A stretch of DNA of 64,000 nt from Ignavibacteriota bacterium (GTDB lineage: Bacteria; Bacteroidota; Ignavibacteria; Palsa-1295). The stretch is taken from NCBI GenBank assembly GCA_963787835.1, contig CAWBEI010000005.1, positions 224,001 through 288,000 of the forward strand, read 5' to 3'. The notes under the pieces were generated by a model. That model ran no database searches. It saw only the letters and a list, made by a program, of their open reading frames with translations, and had not been told where the DNA came from. Shown here one piece after another: positions 28,085 to 38,186 of this stretch. Both the position numbers and the translations under genes were made by a program. Numbering within the stretch: the first letter of the stretch is position 1; the number at the start of each line of letters is the position of its first letter.

Positions 28085-28181
28085 GGATTGTACGTAGCGT
28101 GGCACTCTTCACAGTGCGCCTCCGTTCGCGTTCCGAATAACATTGATGCTGGTTTCCCTTCACACTTAAATTATTATTTAC

Positions 28182-28862
28182 ATGAAACATTTTGCACGGT
28201 TTGTCATCGCTCTCGGATTCCTATTTTCGCTCCCGATCCTTAATGCGTATGCCCAATCCGGATTTGAAGGGACGCTCACCTGGAGCATGGCCCTGCCGTC
28301 GATGAAACAATTCGACGAAATCATCAATGTGAAGGGTGACAAAAGTGAGATCGAGATGAACATGGGGGCCTATGGAACCTCGCAAATGTGGGGGGACCGA
28401 ACGACGGGGAAGATATATATGTATCTAAGCTCGCTAAAGAAGGGGATGATCCTGGATATGAACGATCTTACAAATACGAAAATGGATTCGCTCGATATTA
28501 CGCCAACGGGCCGTAAGGAAACCATTTCCGGGTATGCTGCCGAAGAATACCTTCAGAAAACCTCCAAAGGCGAGATTTACATTTGGTTCACAACGGGCCT
28601 CCCCAAGGATGTCCAGTATGCCTGCCTATCGTTGTTCAGGAATAGCGCGCGCCAGGATCCGAAACTTGCTGCATTCGTTATGCGGTTTATGGACAAAGGG
28701 CTTGCACCCGTTCGCATCGAAATGATAAATGATGGCAAGAGTGCCATGAGGATGCAATTCGAAATATTCGAACGCAAAAGCCTCGCGGATGCGCTGTTTG
28801 TTCCGCCATCAAATCTTTCATTCGAGGCACCGCCTTCGGGGGTAGGAAGTGGGTTGAAATAA
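28182..28862 (+). CDS. DUF4412-like secreted protein
   Basis: Signal peptide AYA-Q, FEGTLTW, TGRKETISGY, LADALFVPP. Confidence 0.8.
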   Translation: MKHFARFVIALGFLFSLPILNAYAQSGFEGTLTWSMALPSMKQFDEIINVKGDKSEIEMNMGAYGTSQMWGDRTTGKIYMYLSSLKKGMILDMNDLTNTKMDSLDITPTGRKETISGYAAEEYLQKTSKGEIYIWFTTGLPKDVQYACLSLFRNSARQDPKLAAFVMRFMDKGLAPVRIEMINDGKSAMRMQFEIFERKSLADALFVPPSNLSFEAPPSGVGSGLK

Positions 28863-28993
28863 GTAAGTTTTGCTATAGTCAGCGATCCAGTGACGGTCTG
28901 CTATGAAATCAGGCACTCTTCAAACAGGAGTGCGGTTCGATATTTATTGCATTTTTGAATGTCATAACAGCCATTATTAACTAATTTCATCTC

Positions 28994-29713
28994 ATGAAAA
29001 AGCTTCTCGGTTCGTTTCTTGTTTTCGGATGTGTACTTGCATTCCCATTGCTTAATGCCCACGCACAAAAATCCTTTGAAGGGACTCTGACCTGGACAAC
29101 GTCAATGCCAATCATGGGCGATGACGATCAACACTCAATGATCATCAACATGAAAGGCCAGAAGTCTGAGATGGAGATGGATATGGGCCCAATGGGCACA
29201 GTGAGAACCTACACGGATTACGATTCGAAGAAGATATACTCGGTTACCGGTACGCAGAAGACGGGTTATGTCATGGACCTTTCGGATTCCAGCTTCAAGA
29301 AGATGGCTCAAAAGCAACTCGACTCTCTTGACTTAAAGCCAACCGGCAAGAAAGAGACTATTGCCGGTCATCCAGCCGAAGAGTACCTTCTTTCGGGCAT
29401 TAAGATGATGGGAACCAGCGTTCAATTGTCCATCTGGGCAGCATCCGGGTTTCCAAAGGAATTGCAAGAAAGTCTATCTCACTCTCTGAGCAATAGTCCG
29501 GGACAGGATCCAAAACAAACGAAGGCGTTAAGGCAGCTTGCTGATAAAGGGCTTGTGCCCGTTCGTACCGTTATTTCGAAAGATGGTGAGGTTGCGATGA
29601 CAATGGAATTTGTCAAGTATGAAGCAAAGAGTTTGGATGACTCGATCTTTGTACCACCAGCGGATGTCAAGTTCTCTGCTCCGCCAAGACAAATGGGCGG
29701 TGGCATGAACTGA
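28994..29713 (+). CDS. DUF4412-like secreted protein (tandem paralog)
   Basis: FEGTLTW, TGKKETIAGH, LDDSIFVPP. Confidence 0.8.
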   Translation: MKKLLGSFLVFGCVLAFPLLNAHAQKSFEGTLTWTTSMPIMGDDDQHSMIINMKGQKSEMEMDMGPMGTVRTYTDYDSKKIYSVTGTQKTGYVMDLSDSSFKKMAQKQLDSLDLKPTGKKETIAGHPAEEYLLSGIKMMGTSVQLSIWAASGFPKELQESLSHSLSNSPGQDPKQTKALRQLADKGLVPVRTVISKDGEVAMTMEFVKYEAKSLDDSIFVPPADVKFSAPPRQMGGGMN

Positions 29714-29767
29714 GTTCCAGATACTCTGTCAAGTTACGGCGCAGAGTGCCGCTATAGTTTTTCTTTG

Positions 29768-32700
29768 ATGAAAGGGAATATGTACCCAATGTTATACGCT
29801 CGTTTATTATTTCGGTTAGCAATAGTCGCTGCTTTTTTTAGTATCTGGTCTTCGATCGCCGCAGCACAGCAAACGGATGATTCCGTGCAGGTTGGGCTGC
29901 CATTGAGCGCCATGCCAAAAGTGGAGCATGTCAAGGTCAATCCAGGAACGCAAATTCATGCTGCCGGAGGGTATTTGTTCGAGGAAACATTCCCACTGCC
30001 AGGCGATCCGCTGAACATGCACATGTACGAGCTGAAGAATGGCCTTAAGGTCTATCTGAGCGTGAACAAATCCGAGCCGCGCGTCCAGACCATGATCGCG
30101 GTACGTGCCGGAAGCAAATACGATCCGGAAGATGCCACGGGGCTTGCGCATTATCTCGAACATCTATTATTCAAAGGTACCGATAAATTCGGAACCATTA
30201 ATTATGCCAAAGAAAAGCCATATCTCGATACCATCGAGAACCTTTATGAAGTATATCGCGGGACGACGGATACGAATGCACGGAAGATCATCTACCATGA
30301 GATAGATTCTGTAAGCGGACTGGCAGCGAAATGGGCCATCGCGAACGAGTACGATAAAATGGTCTCGGATCTTGGCGCGCAGGGGACTAACGCATTTACT
30401 TCCGATGAAGAGACGGTCTATGTCAACGATATTCCTTCGAACGAGATCGGGAAGTGGCTGAAGATCGAGGCCGAACGGTATCGCAATCCCGTGCTGCGCT
30501 TATTCCACACCGAACTGGAAGCGGTGTATGAAGAAAAGAATCGCGGACTCGATAATGACGCTAACCAGGCCTGGGAAGCGCTGATGGCTGCGCTTTTTCA
30601 AAAACATCCTTATGGCCAGCACACGACCATCGGAACCATCCATGACCTGAAAAATCCTTCCATCAAGAAGATCAAGGAATTTTATGCGAAGTGGTACATT
30701 CCCAACAACATGGCGATCGTGATGTCAGGCGATTTTGATCCCGATTCGGTGATACGCAAGATCGTGCCGCTTTTTTCGCCTCTTCATCCCAAGCCTATTC
30801 CCGCCTGGGTGGCGCCTGTTGAAGAGACTATCGCCAAACCTGTAGTGCGTGAGGTCTATGGCCCGGATGCAGAGTTCATACAAATGGCATGGCGCTTTCC
30901 GGGAGTCAACACACATGAGGCGAAAGTTCTCAGAATGCTGGATCTCTTGCTCTCGAATTCGACTGCCGGACTGATCGATCTGAATCTCAACCAGAAACAA
31001 AAACTCCTCGAAGCCTCGACGGATGTCGAGCTTAATAACGATTACTCCGAACATATCCTCGAAGGGAAACCAAAAGAGGGGCAATCTCTCGATGAAGTTC
31101 GCGACCTTTTACTTTCACAGATCACACTGGTGAAAAAAGGCGATTTCGATGCCAGTTTGCTTCCGGCGATCATTAATAATTTGACGATCCAGCAACTGCA
31201 ATCGTATGAAAGTAATAGTGGCCGTGCCGATGTGATGATGAATGCATTTATTCATCACACGGATTGGAAATATCAGGTGGCCGATCTCGATTCACTTTCG
31301 AAGATCACAAAGGCGGAGATCGTCGCATTTGCGAATCAGTATTACGATGATAACTATGCCATCGTGTATAAACGGACCGGCGAGCGCCGCGACGTTGTAA
31401 AGGTTACCAAACCGCCGATCACTCCGGTCGAAGTAAATCGTTCGGCACAATCGGATTTCCTCAAGGCTGTCGATTCCATGCAGGTTTCGCCCATCGAACC
31501 ACATTTTGTGGATTACAAACATGATATTACCCAGTCAAAACTGAAGAGCGGGATACCGCTCTATTACCGGGATAATGATGAGAACACTCGTTTCATGCTT
31601 TCCTACGTCATTGAAATGGGGAAGCGAAATGACAAAGATCTGAAATACGCGCTTGATTATATCGACTATATTGGCACGGACAAATTATCACCTTCGGAGC
31701 TAAAGACGAAGTTGTTCTCCCTCGGAGCAAGCCTAAGCACATCCACATCGGATGACGAAGCACACATTTCGATCAGTGGCCTTCAGAAGAACTTTAAGCA
31801 GAGTGTTAAACTGCTCGAAAGTGTTTTGGCGTCTCCGAAATCGGACGATCAGACCCTCCAGCAATTTATCGATCGAACCATCAAAGAGCGCGAAGACAGT
31901 AAGAAGGATCGGCGCGCAATCCTTTTCACCGCATTGCGTGATTATGCAGAATATGGGAAGGTCAATCCGCAGACATACGATCTGACGAATGTGGAACTTC
32001 AACATCTTTCGCTTGCCGACCTGACAGGGCGCATTCATTCGCTGTGCGACTATCCGCATCATGTTCTCTATTATGGCCCATCCAAGGTTCACGATGTAGT
32101 AGCATCTCTTAATGGTCTGCATGTAGTAGGGAAACCTCAGGCCGTTCCGGCTCCTGTGGATTATGTGCATCAGGAAACGAATAGGAATAAGGTCTATTTC
32201 GTCGATTACGACATGGCCCAAGCAGAAGTCATCATGCTTTCCAAAGGGCTGCCACAGTACGATGCGTCGAAAGCTCCGATGATCGCGCTGTACAATGAAT
32301 ATTATGGTGGGTCCATGGCATCGGTAACGTTCCAAACGCTTCGGGAATCGAAGGCGCTTGCGTACGCAGTTTATAGCCGCTATGCAGCAGGACAAAAGAA
32401 AGATGACCCCTATTACATCTTCTCCTATATTGGTTCACAGGCCGATAAAACACCTGAGTCCATGAAGAGCATGTTCGAGATATTAGATACCATGCCGCTT
32501 GCCACCAAGCTATTTGATAATTCGAAACAATCGATCCTGAACACGATCGCAAGTGATCGAACGACACGGGAGGGCGTTCTCTGGTCTTATGAAAGCGCGA
32601 AAAAACTTGGACTCGATCATGATATTCGTGCCGATGTTTATCACAATGTGCCAGCCCTGACGTTGGATCAGCTTGCCGATTTCCAAAAGCAAAATATTGC

Positions 32701-32815
32701 CGGCCATCAATATGCCATTGCGGTGATCGGTTCCAAGAGCAAGGTAGATATGGATGCCCTTAAGCACTACGGCGACGTGCAGGAGCTCTCGCTGGATGAG
32801 ATCTTCGGCTATTAG
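29768..32815 (+). CDS. M16 family zinc peptidase (insulinase-like), secreted
   Basis: GLAHYLEHLLFKGT inverted zinc motif, NAFTS, ELEAVYEE, LRESKALAY; start uncertain. Confidence 0.93.
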   Translation: MKGNMYPMLYARLLFRLAIVAAFFSIWSSIAAAQQTDDSVQVGLPLSAMPKVEHVKVNPGTQIHAAGGYLFEETFPLPGDPLNMHMYELKNGLKVYLSVNKSEPRVQTMIAVRAGSKYDPEDATGLAHYLEHLLFKGTDKFGTINYAKEKPYLDTIENLYEVYRGTTDTNARKIIYHEIDSVSGLAAKWAIANEYDKMVSDLGAQGTNAFTSDEETVYVNDIPSNEIGKWLKIEAERYRNPVLRLFHTELEAVYEEKNRGLDNDANQAWEALMAALFQKHPYGQHTTIGTIHDLKNPSIKKIKEFYAKWYIPNNMAIVMSGDFDPDSVIRKIVPLFSPLHPKPIPAWVAPVEETIAKPVVREVYGPDAEFIQMAWRFPGVNTHEAKVLRMLDLLLSNSTAGLIDLNLNQKQKLLEASTDVELNNDYSEHILEGKPKEGQSLDEVRDLLLSQITLVKKGDFDASLLPAIINNLTIQQLQSYESNSGRADVMMNAFIHHTDWKYQVADLDSLSKITKAEIVAFANQYYDDNYAIVYKRTGERRDVVKVTKPPITPVEVNRSAQSDFLKAVDSMQVSPIEPHFVDYKHDITQSKLKSGIPLYYRDNDENTRFMLSYVIEMGKRNDKDLKYALDYIDYIGTDKLSPSELKTKLFSLGASLSTSTSDDEAHISISGLQKNFKQSVKLLESVLASPKSDDQTLQQFIDRTIKEREDSKKDRRAILFTALRDYAEYGKVNPQTYDLTNVELQHLSLADLTGRIHSLCDYPHHVLYYGPSKVHDVVASLNGLHVVGKPQAVPAPVDYVHQETNRNKVYFVDYDMAQAEVIMLSKGLPQYDASKAPMIALYNEYYGGSMASVTFQTLRESKALAYAVYSRYAAGQKKDDPYYIFSYIGSQADKTPESMKSMFEILDTMPLATKLFDNSKQSILNTIASDRTTREGVLWSYESAKKLGLDHDIRADVYHNVPALTLDQLADFQKQNIAGHQYAIAVIGSKSKVDMDALKHYGDVQELSLDEIFGY

Positions 32816-32824
32816 GCCGCGAAC

Positions 32825-32915
32825 GGATAGTTTCAGAAGTGGAGAACGGATAGTGGATAGCGAATAGTTATTAATAAAACTATCCACTATCCACTTTTTC
32901 ACTATCCACTACTCA
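32825..32915. repeat. Inverted heptamer tandem repeats (GGATAGT / ACTATCC)
   Basis: ggatagtggatagcgaatagt ... actatccactatccact...actatccact upstream of cysS. Confidence 0.75.
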
Positions 32916-32917
32916 CG

Positions 32918-34396
32918 GTGCCGCTTCAGATCTATAACACCCTCACCCGAAAGAAAGAACTCTTCACGCCCGTTCACGAAGGACGTGTGGGTATGTATTT
33001 TTGCGGACCGACCGTTTATGGCGATTCTCACGTCGGTCACGCAAAGGCGTACATCACAGCCGATATTGTAAACCGGTATCTCCGATTTCTTGGCTATGAT
33101 GTAACATACGTCCAGAACATCACCGATGTAGGTCACCTTACGGACGATGCCGATGAGGGCGATGACAAGTTGGAAGTTCAGAGCCGCAAGGAGAAAAAGC
33201 ATCCCATGGCTATCGCCGAGTATTACACGCGGCGATATTACGAGGACATGGACGCACTGAATATTCAGCGCCCGGATATTGCACCACGCGCTACAGGACA
33301 CATTATCGAGCAGATCGAGCTTATCAGAGAGCTAATTACAAAAGGATTTGCGTACAAGGTGGATGGGAGTGTTTATTTCGATGTCTCCAAAGATAAAGAA
33401 TACGGCAAGCTCTCTGGTAGGAAAGTAGAAGATCAGGAATCGAGCGGGCGCGTGGAAGAACGCACCGATAAACGCTCGCCGCAGGATTTCGCGCTTTGGA
33501 AACGTGCAGAAAAGGGGCACATTCTGCAATGGCCATCACCGTGGGGCATGGGATTTCCAGGCTGGCATATCGAGTGCTCGGCCATGTCCATGAAATATCT
33601 CGGCGAAACATTCGATATTCACGGCGGCGGACTCGAAAACCAGTTCCCGCACCACGAATGCGAAATAGCGCAATCCGAATGCGCCACCGGACATACATTT
33701 GCACGTTATTGGATGCACAACAACATGGTCACCACCGGCGGCGTGAAGATGGGGAAGTCGCTGGGGAATTCGGCGTATCTACGGGATCTGTATAAGCAGT
33801 ACGATCCGCTCTCGCTGCGGTTTACCATTTTGCAATCGCATTATCGTGGGACTACGGAGTTTACAGAGGATGCGATTGGTGCTGCGAATACAGGCTATAA
33901 GAAGTTAATCAACACATATCAACGCCTTATCGCAGCTGTAGGTGACGCAACATCACCAGAAATTGATCAGTATGCAAGTAAAATAGTTGAAGTATTTGGA
34001 GAAGATTTTCGTGAGGCTATGGACGATGATTTCAATACACCAAAAGCCCTTGCAGTTTTGTACAAGTTGGCGACAGAGACGAATAATATGATGGCAGCTG
34101 GCAATCCGAGGGCACCTGCATATTTACCCGTATGGAAACAGTTTGCTGGAGATGTATTAGGGATCCTTCCTAGTGAAGAGAGTGCGAAAGCTGGAGCTGC
34201 TACTCTCATTTCAGAGGATGCCGCGTTAATGCAATCCAACAAATTTAAGAATCTCGTGTGGTTTCTTGTCGGAATGCGCAAGGATGTTCGCGACCGCCGC
34301 GATTTTGCCACCAGCGACAGCATCCGTAAAGAATTGGAAGACGCCGGCATTATCCTCGAAGATACAAAAGATGGCACAACCTGGCGCCTGAAATGA
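32918..34396 (+). CDS. cysS: Cysteine--tRNA ligase
   Basis: CGPTVY, HVGH, DFALWK, GWHIECSAM, FPHHECE, KMGKS. Confidence 0.98.
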   Translation: MPLQIYNTLTRKKELFTPVHEGRVGMYFCGPTVYGDSHVGHAKAYITADIVNRYLRFLGYDVTYVQNITDVGHLTDDADEGDDKLEVQSRKEKKHPMAIAEYYTRRYYEDMDALNIQRPDIAPRATGHIIEQIELIRELITKGFAYKVDGSVYFDVSKDKEYGKLSGRKVEDQESSGRVEERTDKRSPQDFALWKRAEKGHILQWPSPWGMGFPGWHIECSAMSMKYLGETFDIHGGGLENQFPHHECEIAQSECATGHTFARYWMHNNMVTTGGVKMGKSLGNSAYLRDLYKQYDPLSLRFTILQSHYRGTTEFTEDAIGAANTGYKKLINTYQRLIAAVGDATSPEIDQYASKIVEVFGEDFREAMDDDFNTPKALAVLYKLATETNNMMAAGNPRAPAYLPVWKQFAGDVLGILPSEESAKAGAATLISEDAALMQSNKFKNLVWFLVGMRKDVRDRRDFATSDSIRKELEDAGIILEDTKDGTTWRLK

Positions 34397-34415
34397 TTTC
34401 ATCCAAAAGAATGTA

Positions 34416-34649
34416 ATGGGTATGATGAAAGTCAATAAATACACCGCAGTGATCAATGAAGAGAACGGAGGGTATGTCTCTCTCTGTCCCGAACTTGATA
34501 TTGCAAGCCAGGGCGATACGGTCGAAGAGGCACTTCACAATTTGAAAGAGGCGGTCGAAATGTTTTTAGAGTGCGCGCCAGAGGAAGAAATACTTCGACG
34601 GGAGCATCAGAATGTGTTCGTGACCCAATTCGAAGCAGTTCATGCCTAA
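34416..34649 (+). CDS. hicB: HicB-family antitoxin (short form)
   Basis: GYVSLCPELDIASQGDTVEEALHNLKEAVEMFLE. Confidence 0.9.
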   Translation: MGMMKVNKYTAVINEENGGYVSLCPELDIASQGDTVEEALHNLKEAVEMFLECAPEEEILRREHQNVFVTQFEAVHA

Positions 34650-34866
34650 ACTTGGAGTCTCTTCCGGCTCTGAAATTTGTGAAATTTTGGAATCCAATGG
34701 CTTCACGAAAGTTCGTCATCGCCGAACAAGCGATGCGATCATGCAGAAGAGTGAGTCTGGCAGAACAATTACTGTCCCTGTTCCACAGCATAAGTTTGTC
34801 AAGATTGGGACGCTCCAATCGATCATTCGGCAATCGGAATTGCGTAAAGAATTATTTCTAAAATGA
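34642..34866 (+). CDS. hicA: HicA-family toxin
   Basis: SGSEICEILESNGF, TVPVPQH, IGTLQSIIRQS; the usual GSH motif reads TSD. Confidence 0.88.
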   Translation: MPKLGVSSGSEICEILESNGFTKVRHRRTSDAIMQKSESGRTITVPVPQHKFVKIGTLQSIIRQSELRKELFLK

Positions 34867-35438
34867 TGGACGAGCTCGCACCACTCGATCTTTCTCGCTT
34901 TTTCGAGCAACATCCGGTGCTCGAAACCGAGCGGATGATTCTTCGTCCCCTAACCATGGACGACGCAGAGGCCACTTACGCCTATGCACGCGATCCGGTC
35001 AGCAGTGAATTCATGCCCTGGGAAGTACCCCGATCGATGGCCGACACGATCGCCTATCTTGAAACGATCCCCAAGAATTATGCCGCACGCGAACGGATAA
35101 ATTTTGCAATGACGCTTAAATCGGACGGGAAGTTTATCGGCAGTTGTGGATTCCATAACATTTCTCCCGAACATCATAAGATCATGATGGGGTATCTTCT
35201 TATCCCTTCAGCGTGGGGTAACGGCTACATGACGGAAGCCGTCCGCGAAATGATCCGGTTTGCCTTCGAGGAGATGGGGATGCATCGTGTTGCGGCAACC
35301 TGTGATTATGAGAACATTCGCTCTGCGAACGTAATGGAGCGTTGCGGCATGAATCTTGAAGGCGTTTTCCGCGATCATGAGGTGCGGCGAGGAAAGTTTG
35401 TTTCAACAAAGACTTATGCCATTATAAAGGGGAATTAA
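34863..35438 (+). CDS. GNAT N-acetyltransferase, RimJ/RimL family
   Basis: LETERMILRP, WGNGYMTEA, NIRSANVMERCGM.EG. Confidence 0.9.
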   Translation: MMDELAPLDLSRFFEQHPVLETERMILRPLTMDDAEATYAYARDPVSSEFMPWEVPRSMADTIAYLETIPKNYAARERINFAMTLKSDGKFIGSCGFHNISPEHHKIMMGYLLIPSAWGNGYMTEAVREMIRFAFEEMGMHRVAATCDYENIRSANVMERCGMNLEGVFRDHEVRRGKFVSTKTYAIIKGN

Positions 35439-35465
35439 TGGGGGGTATTCTTGCTTTCCATAAGC

Positions 35466-35867
35466 ATGAAAAAGTTCAGCATTCTACTTCTCTTCTTCAC
35501 GCTTTGCATTTCGTGTGCTTCCATCGTTTTGGGTCAGCCGAGCCGGAAATTAATTAACGTTGATAGTCTTGTGAAACTGGGAACAGTTTCTATCAAAAAT
35601 GATGGAATTACGACCCTTAATGGTGATACCATTTCCGGAACGATTGGCCCGATAATCGTTGGTGGCGGGAAAAGTCCCACTCTTAATGCCTTTCCGAACG
35701 GAAGGATTTCGATTTCTGGCGAGCTGACAAAACCAACCCGACATTATTATGAAAAAGACGGCGAACGATATTACATTGAGAGCGTCCCGCCAACGCAAAA
35801 GGGCAAGCGAGCAGATGATTCAAATGTGTGGCTGTTACATAACGAGGTCGCCCAGGCATGGCACTGA
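35466..35867 (+). CDS. Hypothetical secreted protein
   Basis: MKKFSILLLFF signal peptide; co-oriented with neighbours. Confidence 0.55.
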   Translation: MKKFSILLLFFTLCISCASIVLGQPSRKLINVDSLVKLGTVSIKNDGITTLNGDTISGTIGPIIVGGGKSPTLNAFPNGRISISGELTKPTRHYYEKDGERYYIESVPPTQKGKRADDSNVWLLHNEVAQAWH

Positions 35868-36271
35868 GGTTCCGGCGCAGAGTCAAGTTGCTGCCGGGTG
35901 TTCACCTGAATATTAGCCGATCTGGAATTAGCACTTCAGTAGGCGTTCCGGGAGCGAGTTTGACCTTTGGTAAGCGCGGTACTTACATGAATACCGGCCT
36001 TCCTGGAACCGGAATATCATGGCGTGGAAGAGTTGGGGATAAGGTTCCTGCGAGGGGTGACGTACTCTCCGATTCCAAGCCGATCCAGGGCAATCCAAAA
36101 ACGCATCATCTCCACTGGTGGACTATCACGCTATTTTTTGTAGCGATGGTTGGTGCTGGAGCAACCAAATCCGATCTTGTGATCGGCCTGTTTTGGGGCG
36201 GTTGGATCGGGTATTGGATTTATCTCGTCGTTCGATCGATCATGCGCAAGAACGATAGGGCGACTGTGTAG
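35858..36271 (+). CDS. DUF4236 domain membrane protein
   Basis: LRFRRRVKLLPGVHLNISRSGISTSVG...GLPGTGISWR plus two C-terminal TM segments. Confidence 0.88.
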   Translation: MALRFRRRVKLLPGVHLNISRSGISTSVGVPGASLTFGKRGTYMNTGLPGTGISWRGRVGDKVPARGDVLSDSKPIQGNPKTHHLHWWTITLFFVAMVGAGATKSDLVIGLFWGGWIGYWIYLVVRSIMRKNDRATV

Positions 36272-36332
36272 CGCAAACTTTAGTTTGCGACCCCACTAAC
36301 GACATGGGTCGCAAACTAAAGTTTGCGCTACA
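36267..36332. repeat. GTAG-type REP doublet
   Basis: TGTAGCGCAAACTTTAGTTTGCGACCC...GGGTCGCAAACTAAAGTTTGCGCTACA; its TAG is the DUF4236 stop codon. Confidence 0.92.
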
Positions 36333-36355
36333 TTTGCGATACATTTACGTTACAG

Positions 36356-38152
36356 TTAAAATGCCGCCTTTATTCCACCGCCAGCTCCGCGAATCTTCCA
36401 GGTTGCTGCGTTGTAACCGGGACGGTATGCGTTCCACGATACATTATCGAATCGATCGACCCATGCTGTTGTATTGAGTGGTTCCCAAAGAAAAAGACTG
36501 GCCTGATCGTCATACATGATCTTTTGCAGTTCTTTTTCCATATCCACTCTCTTGGAGGGATCTAACTCCAGCCGAATATCTTCCATCAGCTTATCCGCTT
36601 TGGGGTTGTTGTAGTTGTCGTAATTGGAGCCGCGATTCTTCGCCTGGGAGGAGTGATACAGTTGGTAACTATCCGTTTCGAATGGATCGTTGATCCACCC
36701 GCCTAAGTGTGCTTCGAGCAAATGATCGCGCAGGCGTTCGAGATACACGCTCCACTCCAGTGTATTGACACCTGCATCGATGCCGATCTTCCTCAAGGCC
36801 TCTGCGATGACCAGCAATTCTTTCTTTCGCGTTTCGTTACCCGCGTTCACGGTGAAGGTGAATCGGAATGGAATCCGCTTTCCGTCAATCACTTTGTCAC
36901 GGATCCCATCGCCATCGTGGTCTTTCCAATCGAGCGAATCGAGGATGTGGGACGTCATGGCGGGATCGTAGGGAATGATCGGCAAATCGTGATTTGCTTC
37001 TGGATGCGTTGAGGTCACCGAGGTTTGCGTCAGCTTGGCCATGCCAAAAAGAAGCTTGTCAATAATAGTTTTACGATCGACCATGTAGGCCATAGCCCAT
37101 CGCACACCGGGGTCACGGAAGATGGGACTTTTTTCACTAAAACCAATATACGCAAATTGTCCGAGAGGGAATGCCGTGCGTTTCAGTCCATTTTGGTTTG
37201 TATCGATACCAGCCCAGAATTGCGCAGGGATTTCTCCGATGAGATCGACATCATGTGATTTCAGCGCAGTTGTTGCAGCATTGAAATCATTGATGGTTTT
37301 GTAGATCATGGTATCGGGATTTGCTTCGCCTTGCGGACCCCAATGGTTCACATAATAGGGATTGCGCACAAACCGGGTATATTGGTTGGTCACCCATTCA
37401 TCGAGTTTATAGGGTCCGCTTCCCTGAATATATTTGGGGTCGCGATTTCGTTCCGCATTGGTGAACCATGTTGCATATTCAAGCATTATCGGGTTTTGGT
37501 GCTTCGCCAGCGTCACGCTATCGATCTCTTTATTCCCAGCCGTTTCCACGATGGACGCAATGTCATCCCATGAATATTTATCAGTCATTCCATTCGGATC
37601 GAGGATATGTTTTGGCAAAATATACAACGCATCCCCAAAGCCAGCCTGCATGATAAGAAAATAGGGTTTCCATAATTTAAATCGCACACGATAAGGGTCG
37701 CCATCAATAAGCTCCGCGCTATGAATAGCATCAATATAGACGCGTTTCTGTCCGGACATTACATTGAAGGGATTCTTCAGCGATTTAAGACTGTAGATCA
37801 CATCCTCACCAGTCAAGGGCTTGCCATCCGGCCATTTCACATCATTGCGAAGCGTAAAATCGAATTGAAGATGATCCGGTGATTCCACAGGTAGCGCCGT
37901 GGCAAGAATGGGCACGGTATATTTCATAGTGGCGGGATCGATCGTAATAAGCCGCTGATAAATCTGCTCCTCCATGTACGTGGCGTTTGCATCGGTGGAA
38001 TTAAAGGGATTCAGTGACTGAGCATCCGAAAGCTCCCACTCGATCACCCGGTTATCACTCGAAACGGGCTTGATGCCAGATTTGGTGCAGCCAAAAAGGA
38101 TGAGTGGGAGCAGAAAAAGGAATGAAGAAGGTTTTGTCATGAAGTATCGCAT
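36356..38152 (-). CDS. ABC transporter substrate-binding lipoprotein, family 5 (peptide/nickel)
   Basis: Lipobox LFGC, SLNP, FTLRNDVKWPDG, GSGPY, VRWAMAYMVDR, DHDGDGIRDK. Confidence 0.92.
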   Translation of the reverse strand: MRYFMTKPSSFLFLLPLILFGCTKSGIKPVSSDNRVIEWELSDAQSLNPFNSTDANATYMEEQIYQRLITIDPATMKYTVPILATALPVESPDHLQFDFTLRNDVKWPDGKPLTGEDVIYSLKSLKNPFNVMSGQKRVYIDAIHSAELIDGDPYRVRFKLWKPYFLIMQAGFGDALYILPKHILDPNGMTDKYSWDDIASIVETAGNKEIDSVTLAKHQNPIMLEYATWFTNAERNRDPKYIQGSGPYKLDEWVTNQYTRFVRNPYYVNHWGPQGEANPDTMIYKTINDFNAATTALKSHDVDLIGEIPAQFWAGIDTNQNGLKRTAFPLGQFAYIGFSEKSPIFRDPGVRWAMAYMVDRKTIIDKLLFGMAKLTQTSVTSTHPEANHDLPIIPYDPAMTSHILDSLDWKDHDGDGIRDKVIDGKRIPFRFTFTVNAGNETRKKELLVIAEALRKIGIDAGVNTLEWSVYLERLRDHLLEAHLGGWINDPFETDSYQLYHSSQAKNRGSNYDNYNNPKADKLMEDIRLELDPSKRVDMEKELQKIMYDDQASLFLWEPLNTTAWVDRFDNVSWNAYRPGYNAATWKIRGAGGGIKAAF

Positions 38153-38186
38153 AAGCTATAATGTCAACAAATTGAATCCACGGGGA

